A stretch of 64,000 bases of DNA from an uncultured Pseudomonadota bacterium (lineage in GTDB: Bacteria > Myxococcota_A > Polyangia > Fen-1088). Where the stretch lies: the NCBI GenBank assembly GCA_963847705.1, contig CAWKBC010000021.1, forward strand, positions 224,001 to 288,000. The letters run 5' to 3'. How positions within the stretch are numbered: position 1 is the stretch's first letter; each line of letters begins with the position of its first letter. The notes beneath the pieces were generated by a model. That model saw only the letters and a list, made by a program, of their open reading frames with translations, made no database searches and was not told where the DNA came from. Of this stretch, positions 20,377 through 30,946 are shown in pieces. The position numbers and the translations under genes were made by a program.

Positions 20377-21969
20377 ATGTCACGCTCGGTAGACATTCTG
20401 TTGGTCGACGACGAGGCCAGAAACCTCGATACCCTGGAGGCGATCCTGGAGAATCCGGGCTATCGGCTCCTTCGCGCCGAGGATGGCGGTCGCGCGCTGC
20501 GCCTGCTTTTGGAGAACGACGTCGCGGCCATCGTGCTCGACGTCAGGATGCCCGAGGTGAACGGATTCGAGCTGGCGCACGTGATCAAGAACACCCGACA
20601 TTTCCGTGAGACCCCGATCGTCTTCTTGACCGCCCACCTCAGCGACGATCAGCAAGTCATCGCAGGCTACGACGCGGGCGCGGTCGACTACTTGATCAAG
20701 CCGGTGAACCCACGGGTGCTCCGGCAGAAGATCGCCGTGTTCGCCGAGCTGTTTCGCAAGACGCGCGAGCTGGCCGAGCTGAACGAAAGGCTCGAGGAGC
20801 GGGTGCGAGAACGGACGACGGAGCTGGAGCGCTCAGAGAAAGCGCTGCGAGAAGCCGCCCAGCAGAAGGACGAGTTCTTGGCGATTCTCGCCCACGAGCT
20901 CCGCAACCCACTGGGACCTCTGCGCTCCGGCGCCGATCTGCTGCTCCGGCGAAAGAGCGCCGAACCGGTCGTCGCACGTACGCTCGCCGTGATGGATCGG
21001 CAGCTTCACCACATGGTTCGGTTGATCGACGACCTGCTCGACGTCTCTCGAATCAGCCAGGGTCAGCTGAAGCTCAAGAAGGAGCCCGTCGACCTCGGCG
21101 AGCTCCTGGCGTCGACGGTCGAATCTTTGCGCTCGGCATTCGAGAGGCACCACCAGCAGGTGGTCCTCGAGCGCGTCGACGAGCTGGCAACCCTGGCGGA
21201 TCCGACTCGTGTGGCCCAGATCGTGACCAACCTGCTCACCAACGCCGCCAAGTTCACACCGGAGAACGGCGGGATCCGGGTCCAGTTGAGCCGCGAACGA
21301 GGGCGCGCATTGATCCATGTCACAGATACCGGCCCCGGCGTGTCGGCCGATCAAGTTGACCGCATCTTCCAGCTGTTCGCGCGCGTCGACCGACCCGGGG
21401 TGGCAGGTCAGGCGGGGCTCGGAATCGGTCTGGCACTGGCGAGGCGTCTGGCGGAAATGCACGGCGGCGCCTTGACCGTGGCGAGCTCCGGCGAAAGCTC
21501 GGGCAGTACCTTCACTCTTTCGTTGCCGCTCTTTGCGGCGGCGTCCACGTCCGCCGATGTGCGGCAGCACGAGGCGGCGGCGAGCGAAATGACCAATCAC
21601 CTGCGAATCGTGATCATCGAAGACAACGAAGACCTCGCGGGGTCACTCAAGGATCTTCTTGAAGAGGCGGGACATAGCGTCTGGTCGACGCCCAGCGGCT
21701 CCGCCGGCATCCACCTGGTCCAAGAAGTGAATCCGAACGTCGTGCTTTGCGATCTTGGGCTGCCCGGGATAGCAGGCGTCGAGGTCTGCCGGAAGATTCG
21801 CGCCCTTCCCAGCGCTGTGCGGCCGCTCATGGTGGCCATTACCGGATGGGGAAGGGAGGAGGACCGTCGCGAGACCTGCGAGGCTGGCTTTGATCATCAT
21901 CTGCTCAAACCGGTGGCGGCCGATAGGTTGGAACAGTTGCTTCGCACCGTGACGAACAAGCACGGCTGA
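20377..21969 (+). CDS. Hybrid sensor histidine kinase (REC-HisKA-HATPase-REC)
   Basis: ILLVDD..LDVRMP; LAHELRNPL; NLLTNAAKFT, DTGPG, GLGIGL; second receiver with CDLGLP and KPV. Confidence 0.93.
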   Translation: MSRSVDILLVDDEARNLDTLEAILENPGYRLLRAEDGGRALRLLLENDVAAIVLDVRMPEVNGFELAHVIKNTRHFRETPIVFLTAHLSDDQQVIAGYDAGAVDYLIKPVNPRVLRQKIAVFAELFRKTRELAELNERLEERVRERTTELERSEKALREAAQQKDEFLAILAHELRNPLGPLRSGADLLLRRKSAEPVVARTLAVMDRQLHHMVRLIDDLLDVSRISQGQLKLKKEPVDLGELLASTVESLRSAFERHHQQVVLERVDELATLADPTRVAQIVTNLLTNAAKFTPENGGIRVQLSRERGRALIHVTDTGPGVSADQVDRIFQLFARVDRPGVAGQAGLGIGLALARRLAEMHGGALTVASSGESSGSTFTLSLPLFAAASTSADVRQHEAAASEMTNHLRIVIIEDNEDLAGSLKDLLEEAGHSVWSTPSGSAGIHLVQEVNPNVVLCDLGLPGIAGVEVCRKIRALPSAVRPLMVAITGWGREEDRRETCEAGFDHHLLKPVAADRLEQLLRTVTNKHG

Positions 21970-21998
21970 GGTCACGTCGCACGGGTCGCCCGCCTCTA

Positions 21999-22320
21999 GC
22001 GGCGCGCGACCTTCTGGAGAGCGAAGGGTTGCGAGTGGCCGTGGCTGGCGATGGTCGCGAAGCGCTGGACCTACTGCGGGCTGGATTGAGACCTTCGGTT
22101 ATCGTGTTGGACGTGACAATGTCTCGGATGGATGGTTTGGCCTTTCGCCAGGCTCAGCTGGACGACAGCGAGCTGAGGACATCCCCATGTGATCGTCGCC
22201 ACGGCTTCTCGCTCTAGTGCGGAGACAATCCGGAGTCTGTTGGGTGACGTAGAGTGTCTTCGGAAGCCCTTCGACCCTCCGACCTTTCTCGAAGTGATCG
22301 CTGCTGCGACAACGGGCTGA
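21999..22320 (+). pseudogene. 5'-truncated, frameshifted single-domain response regulator
   Basis: DLLESEGLRVAVAGDGREALDLL...VLDVTMSRMDG, frameshift near 22186, then VIVATAS...LRKPFD; the N-terminal acidic strand is missing. Confidence 0.75.
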
Positions 22321-22451
22321 GGGCGCCGTCGGTGTCCCTCCCGAAGCGGATGGTGTTGACGCCCCTCGTGCGTGGCCCCCGAGCATGACGGACCGGTGAT
22401 GCGGACTCCCCTTCTCGCGATCCGTCCTTAGATCGGTGTCGGAGGATCCTA

Positions 22452-23009
22452 GTGAGGAGAGCATGGATGTTCGCGACGCTCGTGGCCTCAGCCTTACCAG
22501 CCTGTGCGACGGCACCGCCGGTCGCCGTCGCGGGCGGGCATGCGGAGGAGATCGTCTTGGCGGCCCAAACCGATGCGCTGATTCAAATGCGCCGGTATGG
22601 CTGCACGGCTGAGCCGTGCCCTGTCTACGAGGTTTCGATCTTTTCCGACGGGACCGCTGTCTACGACGGGCGGGCGAATGTCGGCGTGATCGGACGTCGC
22701 CAGGCGCGACTCGCATCCGGAGAGCTGAACGCGCTCATCACAGCCCTCGACGCGATGAAGTTTCTCGACAGTGCCGAAGACTGTTGCACCTGCCCCAAGG
22801 CCGACGATCAGAGGCTGGTCACCGTCGATTATCGACCCGGTACGGTGGTGAAGACTGTCCAGCATGATCAGAATTGCTCGCGAGCGCCGTCGGCTCTCTG
22901 GGCGCTCGAGCGCGAGATCGACCGGAGTACGGGCGCCGGGCGTCTGGCCGCCCTGCCAGTTCGGAGCAACATCGCGCTGGGGAGCGCTGGAAGCGCGCCG
23001 AGACAGTGA
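22452..23009 (+). CDS. Lipoprotein, DUF6438-like domain
   Basis: Lipobox LPAC; RYGCTAEPCPVYEVSIFSDGTAVYDG. Confidence 0.7.
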   Translation: MRRAWMFATLVASALPACATAPPVAVAGGHAEEIVLAAQTDALIQMRRYGCTAEPCPVYEVSIFSDGTAVYDGRANVGVIGRRQARLASGELNALITALDAMKFLDSAEDCCTCPKADDQRLVTVDYRPGTVVKTVQHDQNCSRAPSALWALEREIDRSTGAGRLAALPVRSNIALGSAGSAPRQ

Positions 23010-23185
23010 GGCCAGAGCACTCGGTTGATGGACGACGCCTTCGGCGCCAGAGCGGCCGGAACGCTGGACGAAACGAGATGCTCCGACCGCCTGATTCGCG
23101 GAATCGTTTTCCTCGTGGGCGCCCGATGACCGAGACGCTGGCCTGGGGCGGAAGGGCACCCTGCGCTTCAATCTGCCGATTGTTC

Positions 23186-24931
23186 TTATCGAGCAGCGGT
23201 TGACCAGCACTCGCGGCCGGCTGGCAGGCTGTAGACAACGACGGCGTCGGGGCCGGTCGAGAAGCGTCGTTCCGAGACTAGCCGCGCACGATCGACCGTC
23301 CCTTGAAGACGGACTTCCGGATCGAAGTCGGGATCGAACGCGTTGAAGGTCGTGATTCCCGTGTCGACGTAGAGGATCGGCCCCCTGAAGCCGCCTGCCC
23401 GCGACCGGCGCACCCGTCCACAAAAGTCGTAGGGTTCCGACGACGACGCCGCCGTCCGGGAGCGGAAGATCCACTGCTCGTTGCGATGTTCCCGGGGCGG
23501 CAGCAGCGCGCCCGCATCGGTGACCACCCACAGCTGGTCGCGCAGCGCCTGCGGCAGCACGTTCGTGAGGCAGCCGTCGCGACAGCGCTGCTCGAGGTAC
23601 GGGACTGCCGCGTTGATTGCCCGGCTGTTGGAGATGTTCCCCTTGCCGGCCGCGATCACCAGCGTCAGCGCGGCAATCACTGTCGCAGCGCCGAGGGCGC
23701 GCGCGCGGTCTGCGCGAAGGCGTGCGCCCACCAGGTCCGCCCCGCGCGCCACCATCAACACGAGCGGGACCGCGATGCTCACGTAGTACGCCGGGTTCTG
23801 CTGGGGGATGAACAGCATGCCGAGCGGCAACAGGTAAGCCGCGAGCAACCAGACTCGCGGCCGCCCCTGCCAGGTCGGCACCGTCGAATCGGAGGGGCGC
23901 GCGCTGGGACGAACCCCCACCACGGCGAGCGCGACGCCCGCCGGCGTCAGCCCCTGGAACCACGACAGGGCGGCCAGCTGGTCGAACGGCTTGGTCAGGA
24001 ACCGGAAGAGCGCGAATCCCGGATGATGGACGAGCGCGTGAAACAGGCTGCCGTGGTTCTCGGCGAAGGTGCCGAAGATTCCGGCCGAGGCCGCGTAGCG
24101 CTGATATTCGGTCGCATGGGGGTGCGGATACATGAGGAGCGGAAGCCCGTCATAGAAGGTGTAGAAGGCGTAGGTCTTGTCCGCGCCGGAGTCGGCGCCG
24201 AGCGCATGCCGGAGAGCGGTCACGACCGTCAATCCCCCCATCGCCCCGAGGCCCAGCGCCAGAGCGGCGCCGCGACGCCGGGGCACATCCAGCATGGGCG
24301 CTCCAAGGAAGGCGAAAACCAGCGCCGCCCCGAGGCAGGTCGCGAGCGCCTCGTACCGCCCGATGCTCGCCAGACCGGCAAACACGGCCGCGAGCACGAC
24401 CGCGCCCGCCATCCGGAGCCGCGACCGCGTCGCTGCGGCCGTCGCGGCCAAGGCGACCGCGCTCGCGGCGAGCCCGGCGCCCAGGCTGACACCGAGGTTG
24501 TTGCGCCCACTCTGCGAGGCAAGCAGCGGGACCAGGGCCAGCGTTGCGACGAGCGTTCGCCGCCGCCGAACCGCGATCTCGGGCCACACGAAACGCGCTA
24601 TTCCGAGCGCGCCGAGCGCCAGCAACAGGTGCGCGAGGAGGTAGACAACTTCGTTGGCCTCTCGGGCGTCGAGGCGGAGGTGCCTGGCCGCGACGAGAGC
24701 GAGGAAGGCGAGCGGCTGCTCCTCGACAGGCTCCGCCCGCCCGAGCGCGATGATGCGAGCCCGCTCGAGATAGAGGAGATTCATCCACCCGAGATCCCAC
24801 CCATAGCGAGCGAGGTAGATCAGCCGCGCGGCCAGCACCGCGGCCAGCGCCCAGAGGAAGGTCGACGGCGACCAGCCGCCACGGGGCGGCAGCCCGCCGG
24901 CCTCGCGCCTCTCTCTCTCCAGTCGCTCCAT
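23186..24931 (-). CDS. Polytopic membrane protein, possible GT-C glycosyltransferase
   Basis: 581 aa with many hydrophobic segments, EEQPL luminal loop, RYE motif and a soluble C-terminal domain. Confidence 0.6.
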   Translation of the reverse strand: MERLERERREAGGLPPRGGWSPSTFLWALAAVLAARLIYLARYGWDLGWMNLLYLERARIIALGRAEPVEEQPLAFLALVAARHLRLDAREANEVVYLLAHLLLALGALGIARFVWPEIAVRRRRTLVATLALVPLLASQSGRNNLGVSLGAGLAASAVALAATAAATRSRLRMAGAVVLAAVFAGLASIGRYEALATCLGAALVFAFLGAPMLDVPRRRGAALALGLGAMGGLTVVTALRHALGADSGADKTYAFYTFYDGLPLLMYPHPHATEYQRYAASAGIFGTFAENHGSLFHALVHHPGFALFRFLTKPFDQLAALSWFQGLTPAGVALAVVGVRPSARPSDSTVPTWQGRPRVWLLAAYLLPLGMLFIPQQNPAYYVSIAVPLVLMVARGADLVGARLRADRARALGAATVIAALTLVIAAGKGNISNSRAINAAVPYLEQRCRDGCLTNVLPQALRDQLWVVTDAGALLPPREHRNEQWIFRSRTAASSSEPYDFCGRVRRSRAGGFRGPILYVDTGITTFNAFDPDFDPEVRLQGTVDRARLVSERRFSTGPDAVVVYSLPAGRECWSTAAR

Positions 24932-25024
24932 CGGCAGCCCCGCTTGCGTCCCGGCCCAGAGGATGGACGGGTAGACGGCAACACGCTCTCAGCCGGAGCC
25001 GCATTTCGCGTCGACGTCTGAAAC

Positions 25025-25133
25025 GCGGCGTGCGACCTCTCGGAGAGCGAAGGATTGAGTGTGGCCCTCGCAGCCGATGGTCGCGAAGCGTTGACCTTCT
25101 GCGGCCTGGATTGAGACCTCCGGTCATCGTGTT
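25025..25133 (+). repeat. Degenerate ~110-bp direct repeat of 21999-22108 (response-regulator relic)
   Basis: GCGGCGTGCGACCTCTCGGAGAGCGAAGG...GATGGTCGCGAAGCG...CTGGATTGAGACC...ATCGTGTT aligns to 21999-22108. Confidence 0.85.
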
Positions 25134-25418
25134 TCGGCCGGACGGCTCATCAGCGAACGCTCTTCACCTGTTTGGTCGGCGCGGCAATCGCCTGGCCGGT
25201 TCTCCTGTTCGGGATCGTGGTTCCGAAGATTACCGCGCAGGTAATCGCGTTCGTCCCCCTCCCGGCCAGCATACCCAACTGGGCCGTTCGGACCGTATGG
25301 ATGGCATTGGCGATTCTGATTCCGATCGGGATCGGGTGGCGGTGACCATCAAGGCACCAAGAGCCGCGGGCCGCGAACGCATGCTCGCGAGCGTGCTCCG
25401 CGGATTCCCTCTTACGGA

Positions 25419-25916
25419 CTACTCGTATCCCGCGAGGGGAGCCCGAGCGACGAATCTGATCGAGCCGACCGTCGCAGTTGTCGTTCCGCGCACGATGGCC
25501 GACGGAGACTCTAACGTCATCTCCTTGGAGCAGCTGAGACCTCCGTGGCTCATGAAGCGGAGCTCGAACGTCTGGGTTTGTTGCGGACCCAGCGACATCG
25601 GCCTGTATGAGAACCACGTCGAGGTCGGAATCGATCTGCCATCGGTACCCGTGAGGTGAAAGCCGTTACGGTGAATACCAAGCGTCTCCAGTTTGTTGTT
25701 GCGGACCTCAATCTGTACCGTCATCTCCACAAGGTCGCTCCCTGGCAGGTAGTTGTCGATGGTCTGGCTACACCTCTGGCCGAGAACGGCGACTTGAACT
25801 CCGTCCGACGTGGTCACGTCACCGCTGTTTCGGATCGGAGGCTGAAGACCGCATGCAGACGCCACCATGGTGAGTCCGAAGGTCACGACGGCCAAGTTGC
25901 TAACCCTTGAGATCAT
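25419..25916 (-). CDS. Lipoprotein with Ig-like (DUF4352-like) domain
   Basis: Lipobox ASAC; DGVQVAVLGQRC, VQIEVRNN, LGPQQTQTFELRF. Confidence 0.65.
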   Translation of the reverse strand: MISRVSNLAVVTFGLTMVASACGLQPPIRNSGDVTTSDGVQVAVLGQRCSQTIDNYLPGSDLVEMTVQIEVRNNKLETLGIHRNGFHLTGTDGRSIPTSTWFSYRPMSLGPQQTQTFELRFMSHGGLSCSKEMTLESPSAIVRGTTTATVGSIRFVARAPLAGYE

Positions 25917-25956
25917 GTCAGAGACCGTTTCACGTTGGTGTCGAGCTTGCCACAGG

Positions 25957-26410
25957 TCAAGGTGGGGCGGCTCCAAAGCCGGACGTGCCGAGGCCCCTTT
26001 GGGACGATGTCGGTACGGACATTCTCTCGACCAACCGGAGTGTCGAATCCCACAGGGCTCCACCCCCAGATGTGTCGAGGCTGACCAAGACGCCGGATGG
26101 GATGAGTCCGCTACGGTCCGCCCTGTAAGGCTTCCGAGCCTCCCTGTCGGCCAGGAGCCGGACCTTAGCTGGATCGAAGGTTATCGGATCGGTGGTCGAG
26201 TTGGTCACCTCGACGCGCACCTGCAGGCCGAGAGTGTCACCGTAAGACCACTTGCGATCGATCATCCGATCGCACATCCGATCGCATTTTTGATCGACCA
26301 ATCCGACACGAACGCCGTCTGCCTCGACCGCCGGACCTGCGCGGAGAAACGGATGTGCAGCGCAGCCACTCCCGAGCACTGTCGAGATGACCAGTAACGC
26401 AGTTCGACCG
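25957..26410 (-). pseudogene. Probably degenerate paralogue of the adjacent lipoprotein
   Basis: GSGC lipobox-like site, DGVRVGLVDQKC, VRVEVTN; no clear start; 12-bp tandem duplication CATCCGATCGCA at 26263-26286. Confidence 0.45.
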
Positions 26411-26530
26411 CCTGACTCTGTTCCCCGAGCGTCAGTGAAGAGGTTGGAGTAGGCAAATCCGTGATCAACGTGAAGATGGGTGGCCCTCACATGGGAAGTT
26501 GTAGGCGTCACCCGCCAGAGGAGGTGTCCC

Positions 26531-26872
26531 ATGTGGAAAAGGATGGGTCGCTGGGGCGTCGCGGTCGCGAGCTCAGTCATGTTCGTCCTGCCGGTGTGTC
26601 GCGCCCGCGCGGACGACCAAGACACGGCCGGTACCGCTCAGCAAGGAAGCGCCCCCGTGAAGGATGATTGGATCACCTCTCAGATAAAACGGACATTGAG
26701 CACGGCCGTGGCAGGCTCAAACAAAATTGACGTCGACACGAAGAATGATGTCGTGACGCTGTCAGGCTCCACTCCTTCGGAGGCGGCGCGAACGCAAGCC
26801 GTTCAGGTTGCCCGGGGCACCGAAGGAGTGAAGCAGGTCAAGGACGAGATCAAGGTGAAGCCCGGCAAGTGA
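26531..26872 (+). CDS. BON domain (OsmY-like) protein
   Basis: GGAGG RBS, signal peptide, DDWITSQIK..L, IDVDTKNDVVTLSG, EGVKQV. Confidence 0.9.
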   Translation: MWKRMGRWGVAVASSVMFVLPVCRARADDQDTAGTAQQGSAPVKDDWITSQIKRTLSTAVAGSNKIDVDTKNDVVTLSGSTPSEAARTQAVQVARGTEGVKQVKDEIKVKPGK

Positions 26873-27079
26873 CCCGGGTGGTCCTTCCTGGCGATCCGCC
26901 TCACCGCGTTTGAACCACGATGCTGCACCGCGCTCCGCGGGTGCGCCTCTTGCAGTCTGTCGAGGCGTTCGACTGTGAAGACTGAGAAATGAAAGGCGAC
27001 TACCACGTCATCGCCTGATGACACGAGCGGACCGCCACCGGGTGATGCCGCCTCGGGGACGCGCGGCGGCCGCGGAGCA

Positions 27080-28303
27080 ATGCCTGCGCTCCTTGGGGTG
27101 ATGTGGTACCAAGGAATGACCGTTCCCCTCCTGGCGATCGCCTCGCCATGGATCGCGCTGCAGTTCAGCCTCGATGCGCGTGCGATCGCCAGGCTGTACG
27201 CGGTCATGTCGGTGTCGGCTCTCATCACTTTCGGGGCCGCTCGCCTCGCCGACCGCATCGGCCGCCGTCTGTTGCTGATGGCGTGTTTGATCGCGGCGTC
27301 GGCGACTGCCGTCTGTGCCGCCCTGGCGCGCTCCACCGTCACCTTCGCCATCTGGGAGTTCCTGCGCTTTTCGACCGTCGGTGCGGTCGCGAACAGTGCG
27401 TACACACTGCTCGCCGAAGCCGCACCCGACTCCTCGGCACGGGCCTCGGCGCTGGGAAAGGGCGGCATGGCCGCCGCCGCGGGCGGGACCAGTCTGCTCG
27501 TGTTGATGCCGCTCTTCTCGATCTGGGGCCATTCCTTCAGGTGGGCGTACGACTTGTCCGCGATTGGCGTCATGTTCGTTCCGGCGCTGCTTCGCTGGGT
27601 GCCGGAAAGCCAGCAGTGGAAGCGGGCCCGCGTGTCCGGCGTGGTGGAGCGCTCATCGGCGTTTGGGGTGTTTGGTGGCCGGTGGTCGCGTCGCGCGGTG
27701 GCGATAATTACTGCCAGCCTCCTCAATGGGGTCGAGGGGGCCGCCGTCGGCGCGTGGTCCTACTATTACGGGGTCTTGGTCGTCGGCATCTCTCCTCAGC
27801 TCATGAGCCTCTTGTCCGTCATTGCGACCCTTCTCGGGTTCGCCGGGTTTCGGGTTGGAGCGTGGGCCGCCGAGCGCGTTGGCCGCGTTCCGACCGCCGT
27901 CGTCTTCGGAGCCTTGCACCAGGCCGCGGCCCTCTGGCTCTACCTGGGGCCGGTCAAACACGTCTTCAGCCCACCGCTCTGGATTGGGGTCGGTCTCTGC
28001 CTCAGCGGCTTCGGCGCCAGCGCTTCCGGAATCGCCAAGTCGACCGCCATCGTGGAGCTCTTTCCCACGCAGTTGCGCGTCACGATCCTCGGTTGGGTCG
28101 CGCTTGCGGGGGCGCTCGCCACCGGCTGCTCGAACATGCTGGTATCGGTCTTGGTCGGCCCGCTGGGAGGGATCTCGAGAGCGATCGCGGTGCTGTCGCT
28201 CTCGGGCGTCCTGGGTCTGGCGGTCTTCGGCCTCCTGGTCGATGAGACGCGCGGCATGAGCCTGGAGCAGGCAGCGCTCGAAGAAGGGCGGCCGACCGGA
28301 TGA
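27080..28303 (+). CDS. MFS transporter
   Basis: LADRIGRR and AAERVGR motif A, WVPES, ELFPTQLR, DETRG. Confidence 0.85.
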   Translation: MPALLGVMWYQGMTVPLLAIASPWIALQFSLDARAIARLYAVMSVSALITFGAARLADRIGRRLLLMACLIAASATAVCAALARSTVTFAIWEFLRFSTVGAVANSAYTLLAEAAPDSSARASALGKGGMAAAAGGTSLLVLMPLFSIWGHSFRWAYDLSAIGVMFVPALLRWVPESQQWKRARVSGVVERSSAFGVFGGRWSRRAVAIITASLLNGVEGAAVGAWSYYYGVLVVGISPQLMSLLSVIATLLGFAGFRVGAWAAERVGRVPTAVVFGALHQAAALWLYLGPVKHVFSPPLWIGVGLCLSGFGASASGIAKSTAIVELFPTQLRVTILGWVALAGALATGCSNMLVSVLVGPLGGISRAIAVLSLSGVLGLAVFGLLVDETRGMSLEQAALEEGRPTG

Positions 28304-29646
28304 AGCTGCTGAACGCCATCGGGCGCAGCGGCCCCGCGCTTCTGCTGCGCGCGCGAGACTTTCGCCTCATCTGGCTCGGTGAGGTCGTCTCTCAGATCGG
28401 CGACAGCCTCAATAGAGTGGCGTTGCTCTGGTTCGTGTACCAGACGCAACACTCGGCATTGAAGACATCTGCCGTCGGTGTCTTGCAGACGCTGCCGCCC
28501 CTGTTGCTCGGGCCCCTGTTCGGCGTCTACCTCGACAGAGTTGCCAAGAGGCGCGTGTTGATTGTCGTCAGTCTCGTGCATGGTGCTCTCGTCGCCTTGC
28601 TGCCACTGCTCTTCTGGCTGGGGCTACTCACGCTCGTTCGGCTCTACGCGCTCGTCTTTGTGACCTCTGTTGTGGCCACCTTCTACGGGCCCGCTCTGAC
28701 GCTGATCGTCCCCCTCGTCGTTCAGACTGATGAGCTTCGTGCCGCCAACGCCTTGATTCAGAGCACCAGCACAATTGGGGTGTTGCTCGGGCCCGTGGTG
28801 GCCAGCGTCGCCATCGCGGCGCTCGGCGCCGTCAACGTTCTCTACCTGGACGCCGCCACCTTTCTGTTCTCCGTGGGATGCATCTGGTTCGTGAAGGTGC
28901 GCGAGAGTCCTTCGGTCGGGGAGGGACGGCTTGGCCTGTTCCGGTTGCTCCAAAACCTCCAGGACGGTCTCCTGTTCATGCTTCGAAAGCAGACGGGGAT
29001 TCTTCTTCTGACGGTGGTGACCTGTCTCGAGAACTTCGGAGCCAGCGCCTTCATCTTCCTGTTGCCGACCCTGGCGAAGCAGAATGTGTCGGCGCATGCG
29101 CTTTCGATCGGCGGTTTCTGGACCGCATTCGGCACGGGGATGTTCCTGGCCACCCTCCTCGTCGCCTCACTTCGAGACGATCCGAAACGTGGCCTGATGT
29201 GGTTCGTCCCCGTCGGGTTGGGCTTGGGTGGCGCCGCGGTAGGGGCCCTCACCCGTGCTCGGGGGTGGCTTGCACCCGCGGGGCTGATGATCGTCGTTGG
29301 CTTCGCCACAGCCTCGCTCGCACCTGTGGTCATCACTCTGTTGGAGGAGGGCACTCCTGAGGGATTGCGCGGACGAGTCCTCTCGACCTTCAATGCGGCG
29401 AACATGGCGATGGCGATGGTAGGCATGTTGGTGTTCGGATGGGCGGCGGACCATCTCGGAGAGACTCCAACTCTTATTGCGGTCGGGATTGTGATGGCCT
29501 CCGCCGGTGTCGTGTTGGGTGCAATAAGCTGGACCAGGTCGGCGCGGAGGCTGTTGGTGAGGTCCCCTCCCCTGTTCGGGAGGACAGCCGGGCATCTGGG
29601 TCTCGACAGTCGTGATCACGCCCAGAGGCAGAGCGGTCGCGAATAG
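28300..29646 (+). CDS. MFS transporter (DHA3/macrolide-efflux-like)
   Basis: DFRLIWLGEVVSQIGD, GVYLDRVAKRR, LRGRV; ATGA overlap with the upstream MFS gene. Confidence 0.88.
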   Translation: MKLLNAIGRSGPALLLRARDFRLIWLGEVVSQIGDSLNRVALLWFVYQTQHSALKTSAVGVLQTLPPLLLGPLFGVYLDRVAKRRVLIVVSLVHGALVALLPLLFWLGLLTLVRLYALVFVTSVVATFYGPALTLIVPLVVQTDELRAANALIQSTSTIGVLLGPVVASVAIAALGAVNVLYLDAATFLFSVGCIWFVKVRESPSVGEGRLGLFRLLQNLQDGLLFMLRKQTGILLLTVVTCLENFGASAFIFLLPTLAKQNVSAHALSIGGFWTAFGTGMFLATLLVASLRDDPKRGLMWFVPVGLGLGGAAVGALTRARGWLAPAGLMIVVGFATASLAPVVITLLEEGTPEGLRGRVLSTFNAANMAMAMVGMLVFGWAADHLGETPTLIAVGIVMASAGVVLGAISWTRSARRLLVRSPPLFGRTAGHLGLDSRDHAQRQSGRE

Positions 29647-29778
29647 GACACCGGTTGTTACGCGCGCGACCCTCGCCACCCGTGCTGCCTCGGTCGCCGA
29701 TGGCGAAGGCCGAATGGCATTCGTCTTGCTGCTCCTCGCGATGACTCACTGCGCTTCGCCGCAAGTAGAAAGAGCGAC

Positions 29779-30858
29779 ATGAAGATTGCCCAAGTGGCCC
29801 CCTTGTACGAAAGCGTCCCTCCCCAGGCGTACGGCGGGACGGAGCGTGTCATTCACTATCTGACGGAAGAGCTTGTTGCGCTCCGGCATGAGGTCGTGTT
29901 GTTTGCGTCCGGTGATTCGCAGACGAGTGCGGAGCTCCAGCCTTGCTGCACGCGCTCGCTTCGACTGGAACCCGAGCTTCGAAGTCCGCTCGCCTACCAC
30001 ACTGTGATGCTCGAGAAGCTACTCTCAGAGCGCGCGCGCTTCGACGTCATTCATTTTCACGTCGACTATCTGCACTTCCTGATCTCGAAAGCTGTGGGGT
30101 GGCCTCACTTGACGACGCTCCATGGGCGACTCGACCTCCCGGAGTTGAAACCTCTGTACGAGAGGTTTCGCGCTCTACCGCTGGTATCGATCTCCGACGC
30201 GCAGCGGTTGCCAGTGCCCAATGCCAACTGGCTCATGACGGTGCCACATGGCATCCCGAAGGACATGCTCACGTTTTCGGGAGCCCCCTCTGACTACTTT
30301 GCGTTCTTGGGCCGAATCTCACCCGAGAAAGGGATAGTCCCCGCGATCGAGATCGCTACCGCCCTGGGAGTCCCGCTGCGGATTGCCGCCAAGATCGACA
30401 ATGTCGACAGGGATTACCATCAAGGAACTGTCGCCCCTCTCCTTCGGTCTCCACTCATAGAATTCGTCGGCGAGATTCGAGATGCCGCGAAGTCTGAGTT
30501 TCTGGGAGGCGCCCGCGCGCTGCTGTTCCCGATCGACTGGCCCGAGCCATTCGGGCTCGTCATGATCGAGGCCATGGCGTGCGGCACCCCGGTGATCGCC
30601 TTCCGCAGGGGTTCCGTGGCGGAGGTCATCGAGGACGGCGTGACCGGGTTCATCGTCGACGATGTGGAGCAGGCGATCGCGGCGTCCGCACGGATCTCCG
30701 AGCTGAGTCGGTGGCGCATTCGAGAGGAGTTCGAGCGGCGTTTCACCTCACGGCAGATGACCACCCAGTACCTGGCGCTCTACGAACGGATCGCGGAGAG
30801 AGCCCACCCGCGTAAGAAAACCTCTGTCGCGACATCGGCGGCAGGGAAGTCGCCCTGA
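29779..30858 (+). CDS. Glycosyltransferase family 4
   Basis: MKIAQVAPLYESVPPQAYGGTERV, LGRISPEKG, EPFGLVMIEAMACGTPV. Confidence 0.93.
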   Translation: MKIAQVAPLYESVPPQAYGGTERVIHYLTEELVALRHEVVLFASGDSQTSAELQPCCTRSLRLEPELRSPLAYHTVMLEKLLSERARFDVIHFHVDYLHFLISKAVGWPHLTTLHGRLDLPELKPLYERFRALPLVSISDAQRLPVPNANWLMTVPHGIPKDMLTFSGAPSDYFAFLGRISPEKGIVPAIEIATALGVPLRIAAKIDNVDRDYHQGTVAPLLRSPLIEFVGEIRDAAKSEFLGGARALLFPIDWPEPFGLVMIEAMACGTPVIAFRRGSVAEVIEDGVTGFIVDDVEQAIAASARISELSRWRIREEFERRFTSRQMTTQYLALYERIAERAHPRKKTSVATSAAGKSP

Positions 30859-30946
30859 GCACCGAGGCATGCTGAGGAATGGGATGGGGGAGAGGGAAGG
30901 TGACCTGACCCCCAGCATCAACCGGTTCGAGGAGGCGGTCCGGCAG

